The notes under the pieces: model-generated
The model's input: only the letters and a program-made list of their open reading frames with translations
Databases searched by the model: none
What the model was told of the DNA's origin: nothing
Shown here: one piece after another, positions 1 to 8,569 of the stretch
How the letters are laid out: the number at the start of each line of letters is the position of its first letter
Position numbering within the stretch: the first letter of the stretch is position 1
IMG/VR virus record: IMGVR_UViG_3300032280_000236
Location: 1-34,948 of that record
Direction: 5' to 3' (one strand)
Length of the DNA: 34,948 bases
DNA from: a virus
Taxonomy: Duplodnaviria > Caudoviricetes
Program-made: the position numbers and the translations under genes

Positions 1-1497
1 ATTTTGTTCTGCTTCTAATCTTGACGCTTCAAATGGATCTTCGTTGGTGTTAAAATCTTGCGCCTGGTCTACTGCAATTCTGTCTCGTGTGGCAATTTGT
101 TCAGCGTCCGTGACAAAATCAGGTTGTAGACCAGGATCCACCAGAGCTGCCACCTGGTTTGGTTGTCCGCTGTCAGGGTTGCCGCCACCAGCCGCATATC
201 CATCAGCATTGGCTTCAATCACTAGTTCTTGTTCTGCTGTGTTGTCGTTGGCCAATCGAATGTAATTTTCCTGACTGGCATTGTTGGCTTCTAGTTCTGC
301 TCTACGTTGATCTGAAATGTTAGGGTCTGCAAGTTCTTGATTTTGTTCGGCAATAATTTGTTCAGCGTTGGTAATGCCAACCTGATTTCTGGCAATGGCT
401 CCGCCTGCTGAATCAATATTCTTGAGATTGGTATTGTTTGTGCCTGGATACAATGCCGCGGCATCTGCGGCTGTTTGTTGATCTTGTGCTATGCGTTGGT
501 CAGCAGTTAATGTTCCTGTGCCGTTGTAATAAGCATCTGCTTGATCAGCGTTTAGTGTAGTACTACTAGCACTAATTCCTCTTGTTTGTAGAGGAGCCGG
601 AACTCCGTAGCCTTCCAATGTAGTTGGGTCTACAGTGGCCTGTACTCCAAAGCCTTCTAGTGTAGTTGGATCTACAGTGGCTTGAATTCCAAAGCCTTCT
701 GTTGTGGTTGCATCAACTGGTGTTAGGGCTGTAGAGGGACCAGTGGGTGCCACCAATGCCGCCACACCTGATCCAGTGGTTGCGGCTGTGGTACTCGCAA
801 CAGTATTACTGAATAGGCTACCTATAGTGCCACTAAACAAATTTCTAATAGTACCCAGGGCATTGTCAATACTGGGAAAGTTTGTGGTAAGGTTGCCAAA
901 ACCAAATCCACTGGTTGCAATGAGCGTGGATCCAGGCAGTTGTGGTATGCCCAGTCTGGCACGGATGTACGGATCTGTAGGATCTGCCCCACCGAGATCT
1001 TGCAATTGTGTTGGTGAGAGTCCCGCGTAAGCATCGTTCACTGGACTAGAGTATGTGGTAGGCGGTACTCCTGCAACGGGTGTTCCGTTTGCATCAACTG
1101 GGTCACCTTGTGCGTTAACAAAGCCACCATTGCCGTCAGATGTACCCAGCCCAAATCCTTCGCCACCATTGTTTGTATCAACTGCGGCTTTTGTTTGTGG
1201 CAATGCTATTTTGGTTACAGTATAGCCACTACCCACAAAGGAACTGGCGTAGTCATTGGGGTTTTGTGAGTATGCATCAAGTTCGGCTTGGCTGTTGAAC
1301 AAGTATGTTCCACCAGGGTAAGACACAGAGATAGGAGGACTAGTAGTGGTCGATGACTGTGGCGTTGATGTTTGAAATTCTGTGGTTTTTGTATCTGTTG
1401 TTGTATTGGGTACTGTGTTGGTCGTGGGAGCATTGGGTGGATTTGATACCACTGTGGTTGTGCCACCGTTGCTGTCTGATCCTGTTGGGTCTGCCAT
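1..1497 (-). CDS. Partial ORF (>=499 aa, C-terminus outside window); low-complexity T/G/A/D/Q-rich, probably a virion structural protein
   Basis: Missing from the ORF track because it has no stop in the window. ATG at 1497 (MADPTGSDSNGGTTTVV...), AGGA SD and TAAATA motif upstream, frame open to position 1 (...EASRLEAEQN). Confidence 0.75.
   Translation of the reverse strand, partial: MADPTGSDSNGGTTTVVSNPPNAPTTNTVPNTTTDTKTTEFQTSTPQSSTTTSPPISVSYPGGTYLFNSQAELDAYSQNPNDYASSFVGSGYTVTKIALPQTKAAVDTNNGGEGFGLGTSDGNGGFVNAQGDPVDANGTPVAGVPPTTYSSPVNDAYAGLSPTQLQDLGGADPTDPYIRARLGIPQLPGSTLIATSGFGFGNLTTNFPSIDNALGTIRNLFSGTIGSLFSNTVASTTAATTGSGVAALVAPTGPSTALTPVDATTTEGFGIQATVDPTTLEGFGVQATVDPTTLEGYGVPAPLQTRGISASSTTLNADQADAYYNGTGTLTADQRIAQDQQTAADAAALYPGTNNTNLKNIDSAGGAIARNQVGITNAEQIIAEQNQELADPNISDQRRAELEANNASQENYIRLANDNTAEQELVIEANADGYAAGGGNPDSGQPNQVAALVDPGLQPDFVTDAEQIATRDRIAVDQAQDFNTNEDPFEASRLEAEQN
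601..720 (-). repeat. 42-nt (14-aa) in-frame tandem repeat, ~2.5-3 copies (VDPTTLEGFGVQAT-like)
   Basis: tgtagttgg(g/a)tctacagtggc at 619 and 661; a degenerate third copy near 701. Confidence 0.8.
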
Positions 1498-1515
1498 TTT
1501 ATTATTCCTATCACT

Positions 1516-1521
1516 TATTTA
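1516..1521 (-). promoter_or_regulatory. Putative late promoter core TAAATA for the minus-strand ORF
   Basis: TATTTA on the + strand, 18 nt upstream of the ATG at 1497; the same motif recurs before other structural genes. Confidence 0.55.
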
Positions 1522-1555
1522 CCCATTTCTAAAACGGCGTATTTTTACAAAGAGG

Positions 1556-1583
1556 TTGACAAGTGTTGTAAATCTGCTACAAT
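1556..1583 (+). promoter_or_regulatory. Sigma70-type promoter for the gp55-47-46 operon
   Basis: TTGACA (1556-1561), 16-nt spacer ending in TGc (extended -10), TACAAT (1578-1583); SD AGGAGA at 1595-1600. Confidence 0.75.
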
Positions 1584-1611
1584 AAGTACATATTAGGAGA
1601 CCTGGTCTAAC

Positions 1612-2508
1612 ATGACTTTACTACCAAAAGCGGCACCTCGCGTGAACTATCTCAACAACAGAGATATCTTAAAAGAAATTCACCTCAGTAAAAACAACTA
1701 CTGCTGGTTCCAAGACAGAGCATTGGATCATCAGTTTGATATTATTTTGCCGTCAATTGACAAGATCAATCAGCGTACCATTGCCGAAGCCCGACGTAAT
1801 CGAGCAGATCGGCTCAAGCGGGAAGGTACTATTGTAGATCCTAAAAAGATACCCAACACAGAAATTGTGTTCCGTATCACTTGCTGGGAACACATACCCC
1901 GGGCGCCTAAAAAAGTAACCAAAGCCGAAGCCAAAAAGCGCAAGTTAGAAGAAATTTTAGACTTGGATGATGCCACCGAAGATGATCCGTTGGCAGACAT
2001 TGTGGATGTGCCTGTGTTGGACATGAATCACGTGCGTGTGAACTTTCCTCCGTTTGAACACTACAGAATTGATGATGAAAAGAAACCATTCATTGTGGGC
2101 CGTAGCCACTGGCGGGGCGATTTGGTCACAGGAGAGTTTTCCAAGGACCACGGCGACATGACCAAGAAACTGGCCTTGATGTTTATGAAATTATGCGAAA
2201 GATATGCTACAAGGAGTAACTGGCGTGGATATACCTACAACGAAGAAATGCGGGGACAAGCCTTGCTACAACTCAGTCAAATCGGACTCCAGTTCGATGA
2301 ATCAAAATCGCAGAACCCTTTTGCGTATTATACTGCCGCTATCACTAATAGTTTCACTCGTATCTTGAACATTGAAAAGAAAAATCAAAACATCCGTGAT
2401 GACATACTAGAAATGAACGGACTCAATCCTTCATGGACTCGTCAGAACTCTGGCAAACACAGTATGGCCGCCATGTCCGGACCGGTCGTAAGTAGCCTGG
2501 ATGAGTAG
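1612..2508 (+). CDS. gp55: T4 gp55-like late-transcription sigma factor with a long internal insertion
   Basis: N-terminal YLNN motif and C-terminal NWRGYTYNEEM...FDESKSQNPFAYYT...IEKKNQ match gp55; T4 gene order 55-47-46. Confidence 0.9.
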   Translation: MTLLPKAAPRVNYLNNRDILKEIHLSKNNYCWFQDRALDHQFDIILPSIDKINQRTIAEARRNRADRLKREGTIVDPKKIPNTEIVFRITCWEHIPRAPKKVTKAEAKKRKLEEILDLDDATEDDPLADIVDVPVLDMNHVRVNFPPFEHYRIDDEKKPFIVGRSHWRGDLVTGEFSKDHGDMTKKLALMFMKLCERYATRSNWRGYTYNEEMRGQALLQLSQIGLQFDESKSQNPFAYYTAAITNSFTRILNIEKKNQNIRDDILEMNGLNPSWTRQNSGKHSMAAMSGPVVSSLDE

Positions 2509-2520
2509 TATACTAGTGCG

Positions 2521-3537
2521 ATGACAAATCTATTTCGTAAAGCCGCGATCTTCACAGACATTCACTTTGGACTCAAATCAAACAGCACTCAACACAATGA
2601 GGACTGCTTAAATTTTGTCAAGTGGGCAACTGCCAAGGCCCTGGCCGAAGGTTGCGAAACCTGCATGTTTCTCGGTGACTGGCACAACAACCGTGCTAGC
2701 CTAAACATTGTTACCCTAAACTACAGCCTACGGGCACTGGAGCACATGAATGATAATTTTGAAAACGTGTATTTCATTCCTGGCAATCATGATTTGTATT
2801 ATCGAGATAAGCGCGACATACAAAGTGTGGAATGGGCAAAGCATCTTCCCCGTGTACAGATATGTAACGATTGGTTCAGCAGTGGTGATGTTGTCATTGC
2901 TCCTTGGCTTGTAGCCGATGACCACAAACGTATTCCAAAACTAAAGGGCCGGTACATGTTCGGGCACTTTGAACTGCCCGGTTACCTAATGAACGCCATG
3001 GTAGAGATGCCGGACCACGGTGAGGTGCGTAGAGAAGACTTTGGTAACTTTGAGCATGTGTTTACAGGACACTTTCACAAGCGTCAGACCAAAAAGAACA
3101 TTACCTACATTGGCAATTGCTTTCCGCACAACTATGCCGACGCTGGTGACGACGAACGTGGCATGATGATACTAGAGTGGGGTAAAGAGCCAGAGTTTCA
3201 TGCCTGGCCAGATCAACCAAGATATCGTGTGCTGGGACTGGCTAGCATCATTGACAATGCACCTAAACTGTTGGCTACAGGCATGCATGTACGTGTGCAG
3301 TTGGACATTGAGATTTCATACGAAGAAGCCAACTTCATCAAAGAAAAATATATCAAAGAATATGGCCTGAGAGAGATGGCCCTGATTCCAAACAAGAACA
3401 GTTCGGTAGACACAGATATGGCGCCTGGCGAAGTCAAGTTTGAATCGGTGGATCAAATTGTCACAGACCAAATCACCAACATTGAATCAGAATTCTACGA
3501 CAACAAATTACTGCTGAAGATTTACCAGACACTATGA
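2521..3537 (+). CDS. gp47: Recombination endonuclease subunit (Mre11/SbcD-like metallophosphoesterase)
   Basis: DIHFG, LGDW, GNHD and GHFH phosphoesterase motifs; adjacent to gp46. Confidence 0.93.
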   Translation: MTNLFRKAAIFTDIHFGLKSNSTQHNEDCLNFVKWATAKALAEGCETCMFLGDWHNNRASLNIVTLNYSLRALEHMNDNFENVYFIPGNHDLYYRDKRDIQSVEWAKHLPRVQICNDWFSSGDVVIAPWLVADDHKRIPKLKGRYMFGHFELPGYLMNAMVEMPDHGEVRREDFGNFEHVFTGHFHKRQTKKNITYIGNCFPHNYADAGDDERGMMILEWGKEPEFHAWPDQPRYRVLGLASIIDNAPKLLATGMHVRVQLDIEISYEEANFIKEKYIKEYGLREMALIPNKNSSVDTDMAPGEVKFESVDQIVTDQITNIESEFYDNKLLLKIYQTL

Positions 3538-5303
3538 TAAGCATAAAAAATCTAACCGTGAAAAACTTCATGAGTGTGGGTGCGGCCACCCAGGGCATTG
3601 ACTTTGATCGTAATGATCTTACGTTAGTACTTGGTGAAAACTTAGACTTAGGTGGAGATGGATCACGTAACGGCACAGGTAAAACTACGATTATTAATGC
3701 ACTGAGTTATGCCTTGTATGGCCAAGCACTGAGCAACATCCGCAAAGACAATTTGGTAAACAAGACCAATGGCAAGAACATGCTTGTGAGTTTGGACTTT
3801 TCAGTCAACAGTCAAGAGTACAGAATTGAGCGCGGGCGCAAGCCCAATGTGCTACGTTTCTACATCAACAGCGAACACAAGGCCGCTGAGGATGAAGCAC
3901 AAGGCGACAGTCGTGAAACACAAGATGCAATTGAGCGTGTGATGAACATGAGTCACGACATGTTCCGACATGTGCTGGCGCTAAACACCTATACAGAACC
4001 GTTCTTGAGTTTGAAAGCCAATGACCAAAGAACTATCATCGAGCAGTTGTTGGGCATTACCTTGCTGAGTGAACGTGCTGATGCAATCAAAGAACTCAAC
4101 CGTCAAACCAAAGACGCTATTCAGGCAGAAGAGTTCCGCATTCGTGCTGTGCAAGAAGCCAACAAACGCATCGAAGAACAGATTGAAAGTCTGCGTAAAC
4201 GTCAGCGGCTATGGACAGCCAAGCGTGATGAAGATGTGGGCCGACTAGAACAGGCCATTGCAGACCTTGAACACATTGACATTGATGCTGAAGTACAAGC
4301 ACACAGAGACCTAGAAGCATTTCATGTGAAGAAAAAAGCCCAAGACGATGCCACACGTTACATTCGTCAAATTGACGCAGACGATGCCAAACTAAACCGA
4401 CTGCTAGACAAACTCAAAACTGAGATTGAGGCCCTGGATGCTCATAAGTGTCACTCATGTGGTCAGGACTTGCATGATGACAAACAGGATGAGTTGAAGC
4501 AGGCCAAACAGGCTTTGGTGCAAGAAACAGCACTGCAACTCTTGGCCAATGACACACAACGTCAAGGGCATGAAGATACCGTTGCTCTGATTGGTACATT
4601 AGGCACAGCACCCACTGTGTTTTACGATTCGCTAGAGCAAGCATTGAATCATCGCAATACTGTTGAAACCCTACGCAAAGATTTAACCTCACGCCAAGCA
4701 GACGCAGATACTTACGAAGAACAAATCACAGACATGCAAGGTCAGGCCCTGCAAGTTGTGTCATATGACACACTGAACGAACTTACTCGTTTGCAAGACC
4801 ACCAGGACTTCTTGCTCAAACTGTTGACCAGCAAAGATAGTTTTGTACGCAAGAAGATCATTGATCAAAATTTAAGTTATCTAAATGCACGTCTTACACA
4901 CTACTTAGATCGCATTGGCTTGCCACATACTGTGAAGTTCCAAAACGACCTGACTGTGAGCATCGAAGAACTGGGTCGCGAACTGGACTTTGACAATTTA
5001 TCACGTGGCGAACGCAACAGACTGATCCTATCAATGTCATGGGCGTTCCGCGATGTTTGGGAAAGTTTATACTCACCTATCAACTTGTTGTTTATTGATG
5101 AATTGATTGACAACGGCTTGGACACACAAGGTGTAGAGAATGCTCTGGCCTTGCTGAAAAAGATGAGCAGAGAACGACACAAATCAATTTGGTTAGTATC
5201 GCACAGAGATGAACTAGCAGGGCGTGTAGAAAACATTCTCAAAGTAATCAAAGAGAACGGCTTCACTAGTTATAACACGGATGTGGATACGGTTATTAAC
5301 TAA
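3534..5303 (+). CDS. gp46: Recombination ATPase subunit (Rad50/SbcC-like)
   Basis: KNFMSVG, Walker A NGTGKTT, coiled coil with CHSC zinc hook, LSRGE signature, LLFIDE Walker B, SH switch; ATGA overlap with gp47. Confidence 0.95.
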   Translation: MISIKNLTVKNFMSVGAATQGIDFDRNDLTLVLGENLDLGGDGSRNGTGKTTIINALSYALYGQALSNIRKDNLVNKTNGKNMLVSLDFSVNSQEYRIERGRKPNVLRFYINSEHKAAEDEAQGDSRETQDAIERVMNMSHDMFRHVLALNTYTEPFLSLKANDQRTIIEQLLGITLLSERADAIKELNRQTKDAIQAEEFRIRAVQEANKRIEEQIESLRKRQRLWTAKRDEDVGRLEQAIADLEHIDIDAEVQAHRDLEAFHVKKKAQDDATRYIRQIDADDAKLNRLLDKLKTEIEALDAHKCHSCGQDLHDDKQDELKQAKQALVQETALQLLANDTQRQGHEDTVALIGTLGTAPTVFYDSLEQALNHRNTVETLRKDLTSRQADADTYEEQITDMQGQALQVVSYDTLNELTRLQDHQDFLLKLLTSKDSFVRKKIIDQNLSYLNARLTHYLDRIGLPHTVKFQNDLTVSIEELGRELDFDNLSRGERNRLILSMSWAFRDVWESLYSPINLLFIDELIDNGLDTQGVENALALLKKMSRERHKSIWLVSHRDELAGRVENILKVIKENGFTSYNTDVDTVIN

Positions 5304-5315
5304 TTACAATCAAAT

Positions 5316-6332
5316 ATGTCCGATATCATACGTCTTGAACCCAACGAGCCTGTTTTTTCAATCACCTGGTGCATGCATTTACGCTGTAACAATGACTGTA
5401 TGTATTGTGGTGACCGACACGACAATCACTCCGACATGCCTTCTCTAGAAAAATTACAGACGCAGTGGATGACTGTTTTTGAAAAAACAAAACATGTGGG
5501 ACTACCATATAAAATTGCGTTAACCGGCGGTGAACTCACCATAAACAAAGATTTTCTTCCATTTATAGAGTGGCTATCGGAACATTACAAAACTTATATA
5601 CAAAATATTGGCATAACCACCAATGGTCGCGCCAGCAAAAACTTTTATCTAAGATTGTTTGACAAATTGAAATTTATCAGTTTCAGTACTCATACTGAGC
5701 AGATGGATATTGATAAATTCTGTGACACTGCTATTGCCTGCAATCAATTTGCTAAAGCATCTCCAGGTAAATTTTTCATGATTAATATCATGGAAGAATA
5801 CTGGGCAAAAGAAAAAATAAAATATTTTATTGATTTTTGTCATCAAAATAACATCTACTACAGCGTGGCCCGGATCGATCACAATCGAAAGGATTCTAGA
5901 ACATATCCCATTTTCCATGTTAGAAAAAACAGTGAGGAGCGAAAAGATTTAATGTATTCTCCCGAGTTGGCTGAACAAACGCATCAAGCCATCCAAGAAC
6001 ATATAAAAGTTTACAATCTACCGGAAGAAACCTACAACAATGTTACTGTGTATCATAGAGATGGTACTAGCGTACAAACTTATGCTACAAGATTAAAATT
6101 TTTAGGTCTAGATAATTTTCAAGGATGGAAATGTCATGCTGGGGTTAATCGAATCAATATTGCACCTGACTCCACAGTATATGTTGGAGAATGCTATAAT
6201 GAGGTACTGGGCAAGTTGGATGACAACAGTTTTCAACTGTTAGACAGCCCCGGGGTGTGTAGGCTCAAGACCTGTACAAACAACCCAGATGACATAATGA
6301 TCAACAAGAGTGCGCCAGATTTATTGCCTTAA
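5316..6332 (+). CDS. Radical SAM protein with a C-terminal Cys-rich (twitch/SPASM-like) domain
   Basis: CNNDCMYC (CxxxCxxC), TGGE, TTNG, then CHAG...GEC...CRLKTC; visibly more AT-rich than its neighbours. Confidence 0.88.
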   Translation: MSDIIRLEPNEPVFSITWCMHLRCNNDCMYCGDRHDNHSDMPSLEKLQTQWMTVFEKTKHVGLPYKIALTGGELTINKDFLPFIEWLSEHYKTYIQNIGITTNGRASKNFYLRLFDKLKFISFSTHTEQMDIDKFCDTAIACNQFAKASPGKFFMINIMEEYWAKEKIKYFIDFCHQNNIYYSVARIDHNRKDSRTYPIFHVRKNSEERKDLMYSPELAEQTHQAIQEHIKVYNLPEETYNNVTVYHRDGTSVQTYATRLKFLGLDNFQGWKCHAGVNRINIAPDSTVYVGECYNEVLGKLDDNSFQLLDSPGVCRLKTCTNNPDDIMINKSAPDLLP

Positions 6333-6359
6333 TATGATTAGAATGATAAATTATAGTGC

Positions 6360-6788
6360 ATGGTATGGCTTTACGAGAACACTCATATTGAACAACTACC
6401 CGAAGACTGTGTTGGGTTTGTATATCTAATCACGAATAATCTCACTGGACGCAAATACATAGGCAAAAAATTAGCAAAATTTAGTAAAACAACACAAAAA
6501 ACAGTCAAACTCAAGAACGGCACAAAAAAGCGCAAGAAGATACGCTCCAAGATCGACAGTGATTGGAGAGAGTACTATGGGTCAAGCCCAGAATTAACCG
6601 CAGACGTAATCAAACTAGGCACCGAAAACTTCACCAGAGAAATACTTTACTACTGCGGATCAAAATCTGAATGTAGTTATGTCGAAGCAAGAGAACAATT
6701 TGCCCGACGAGTATTGGAATCAAAAGATTATTACAACGGCCATATACAAGTTCGTGTGCATGGCTCACACATAATAAACAAAATTTAA
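6360..6788 (+). CDS. Small single-domain GIY-YIG endonuclease (Seg-like type common in T4-like phages)
   Basis: GFVYLITN...KYIGKK, YYGSS, REIL, E..EQF, YYN motifs; no separate DNA-binding tail. Confidence 0.85.
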   Translation: MVWLYENTHIEQLPEDCVGFVYLITNNLTGRKYIGKKLAKFSKTTQKTVKLKNGTKKRKKIRSKIDSDWREYYGSSPELTADVIKLGTENFTREILYYCGSKSECSYVEAREQFARRVLESKDYYNGHIQVRVHGSHIINKI

Positions 6789-7135
6789 CAGGCAGCGATC
6801 ACGACAACGTGGTGAGTGTATTGGCTCACCCCCATTGCAGAACGGTGGAATACCCGGTCTAGACTTGGGCGTCAAAGGCAATTGCTAACTTAAGGCAACA
6901 AATGGTTTGGGCTCTGTGAAGAAGATACACCCCATGCTCGTAGAACTTGGATCTAATATCGGGTTACTAGGGTTCCGTTGATATGTGAAGCTTGAGTAGG
7001 GGGTACCGGTCAACCGCCTCCGCGTAGGAAACTACAATCTCATTACTATTAGATGACTGTGCTACTCAGATGATGCTCTTTCATGTTCACCGTGCATACG
7101 GTGAATTATGACCAATTAATCTAGATGATACTTAA
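6789..7135 (+). ncRNA. Candidate large structured non-coding RNA, family not identified
   Basis: ORF-free, with many nested helices, a GAAA tetraloop hairpin (7024-7035) and G.U-compatible pairs on the + strand; see findings. Confidence 0.55.
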
Positions 7136-7159
7136 AACAAATAGTTAGAGAAACAATCA

Positions 7160-7203
7160 GTTGTTGAGCGCAAGCGAAAACAACAGACTTACGTAGTAAG
7201 TCT
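7160..7203. other. Two adjacent hairpins between convergent transcription units
   Basis: GTTGTT/AACAAC enclosing GC-GCAA-GC (7160-7184), and AGACTTAC-GTA-GTAAGTCT (7185-7203). Confidence 0.6.
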
Positions 7204-7209
7204 TGAATG

Positions 7210-7764
7210 TTAACTAATACTTTTTCGTTTGCCTTTGTGTGTTGCACTAATCTTAGATCTTGACTCTAAAGTCAAATAATCTTCTGCTTTCTTTCCTTTG
7301 TTGTGCGGGGTGTGACCAAACATATTAGTTGTGTTTAATTTTGGTTTTCCTCTTGATGATTTACTCTGCTTTAGGCATGATTCAATTGATCGTGGTCCTG
7401 TCTGTAACCCTTTGTTCCAAGGAACTCTACCTTTAAGTTTAGATCCTACTTTTGCTCGGGTCATTGCTGTGGGATTTGTTGCCCCGTCCCCACCATCTGT
7501 TTTATTGTTTAAGATCCCTGTTCCTAAATCCTTGCGTCCATACCACTGTATAAATCTACGTTCCATTGCTAACGCACCTATTTCAGTTAAGTTAGATTCA
7601 AGTATTACAATCTTAGCACTATTTCTAGGGATTTTAAAGTGATGTTTCCCCCAGGCCCTAGATCCTTGTCCTTTGCCGATATAATAAGGGGAGTTGTTTG
7701 ATTTACGCAAATAAGCGTAAACGTAGAACCCTGCAGGGGTTGCGTGTTTGTTGTAAATATTCAT
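7210..7764 (-). CDS. Free-standing GIY-YIG-type homing endonuclease with NUMOD3-like DNA-binding repeats
   Basis: FYVYAY...PYYIGKG...R, E..AL.ME, YGRKD.GTGILNNKTDGGDG; basic tail with PWNKG, PHNKGKK and SKISATHKGK. Confidence 0.85.
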   Translation of the reverse strand: MNIYNKHATPAGFYVYAYLRKSNNSPYYIGKGQGSRAWGKHHFKIPRNSAKIVILESNLTEIGALAMERRFIQWYGRKDLGTGILNNKTDGGDGATNPTAMTRAKVGSKLKGRVPWNKGLQTGPRSIESCLKQSKSSRGKPKLNTTNMFGHTPHNKGKKAEDYLTLESRSKISATHKGKRKSIS

Positions 7765-7824
7765 GCTGATTGCTCCTTCAAGCGTTAGAGTAGTTGGGGA
7801 TTCCCGTCCCGCGAACTACACTTA
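7765..7824 (-). promoter_or_regulatory. Structured 5' leader of the homing endonuclease
   Basis: Minus strand: GTAGTT-cgc-GGGA-cgggaa-TCCC-c-AACTAC stem, then GCT-tgaagg-AGC overlapping the AAGGAG SD. Confidence 0.55.
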
Positions 7825-7836
7825 TATTTATAAATA
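7825..7836. promoter_or_regulatory. Overlapping divergent T4-type late promoters (palindrome TATTTATAAATA)
   Basis: Perfect TATAAATA on both strands (- 7825-7832, + 7829-7836) between divergent ORFs. Confidence 0.75.
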
Positions 7837-7851
7837 CTCAAAGGATTTATT

Positions 7852-8229
7852 ATGGCAAATGCAACGTTGGCAGCATGGAGTGCAAAATTTCTAAAGGAAT
7901 TGAGCACGTATAATCTTGCTTTAAAAAGTTATGATAATAACCTTAAAGCATTCTACAGAAGTAGAGGTGGTGGTAGAAGCATAGAACCAAGGTCAGAGCG
8001 GCAACGGAGAGTAATTCCTGCAATTGATGCACTTGTAGCAACCTGTAATACATTAGGTGATAATCTTGCTTCAGATACTCCTAACAGAGCAACAATCTTG
8101 TCCAGCCTACTGGTGATTTCTAATCAGATCAATGCTGGCAAATCTCCCAATGGTCCCAGGGATCAACTTCCAAATTATTATGTTTCTGCTGTTGATTGGT
8201 ACAATGCTAACATCAAACCATTAATTTAA
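7852..8229 (+). CDS. Hypothetical protein (125 aa), probably late-expressed
   Basis: TATAAATA and AAGGA SD upstream; fills the gap to the convergent ORF; no recognised motif. Confidence 0.65.
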   Translation: MANATLAAWSAKFLKELSTYNLALKSYDNNLKAFYRSRGGGRSIEPRSERQRRVIPAIDALVATCNTLGDNLASDTPNRATILSSLLVISNQINAGKSPNGPRDQLPNYYVSAVDWYNANIKPLI

Positions 8230-8231
8230 AC

Positions 8232-8567
8232 TCATAGATTTTGATCCGGCCAGTCGCGGAAAAGTGCATGTTGAATGTTGCCCGAGACAAATTGATTGAA
8301 ACTTTTGTGTTTGACTTCGAGTTCGCCTTCGAGTGGTGCTACTCGTTTGAAAGCACTATCCATCTGAGCCATACCTGTGAACTCCATGATGATCATCCAT
8401 TCTGGCATGTCTGCGATTGAACGAAATCCCATCTTGCATCGGGTGATTCTGTACGATTCCATCTTGCCTTCTGAGATCAAATGATCAAAGAAACTTTTCA
8501 TTCCTGTGACCCAGTCGAGATCAGATATGTCACCTTCTTTGTCTGCCCAAATTGTATATAAATCCAT
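8232..8567 (-). CDS. Small alpha/beta protein resembling DUF6614 (dimeric alpha-beta barrel type)
   Basis: Pattern Y.IWAD...SD..W...MK.FFDHL..EG..ESYRITR.K.G....PEW.I.MEF....Q.D.AF...ALFRDWPD, recognised from memory. Confidence 0.6.
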   Translation of the reverse strand: MDLYTIWADKEGDISDLDWVTGMKSFFDHLISEGKMESYRITRCKMGFRSIADMPEWMIIMEFTGMAQMDSAFKRVAPLEGELEVKHKSFNQFVSGNIQHALFRDWPDQNL

Positions 8568-8569
8568 AG

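Noticed and set aside
44-1585. Short ORFs listed at 44, 704, 822, 1215 and 1382
   Set aside because: All overlap the long open minus-strand frame 1-1497, which has an SD and a promoter motif.
6789-7209. tRNA, tmRNA or RNase P RNA
   Set aside because: No TTCGA T-loop cloverleaf, no tag reading frame with tRNA-like ends, and no GAGGAAAGTCC signature.
6360-7764. Group I intron housing the GIY-YIG genes
   Set aside because: No interrupted host gene on either side, the two nucleases are convergent, and I found no group I core motifs.
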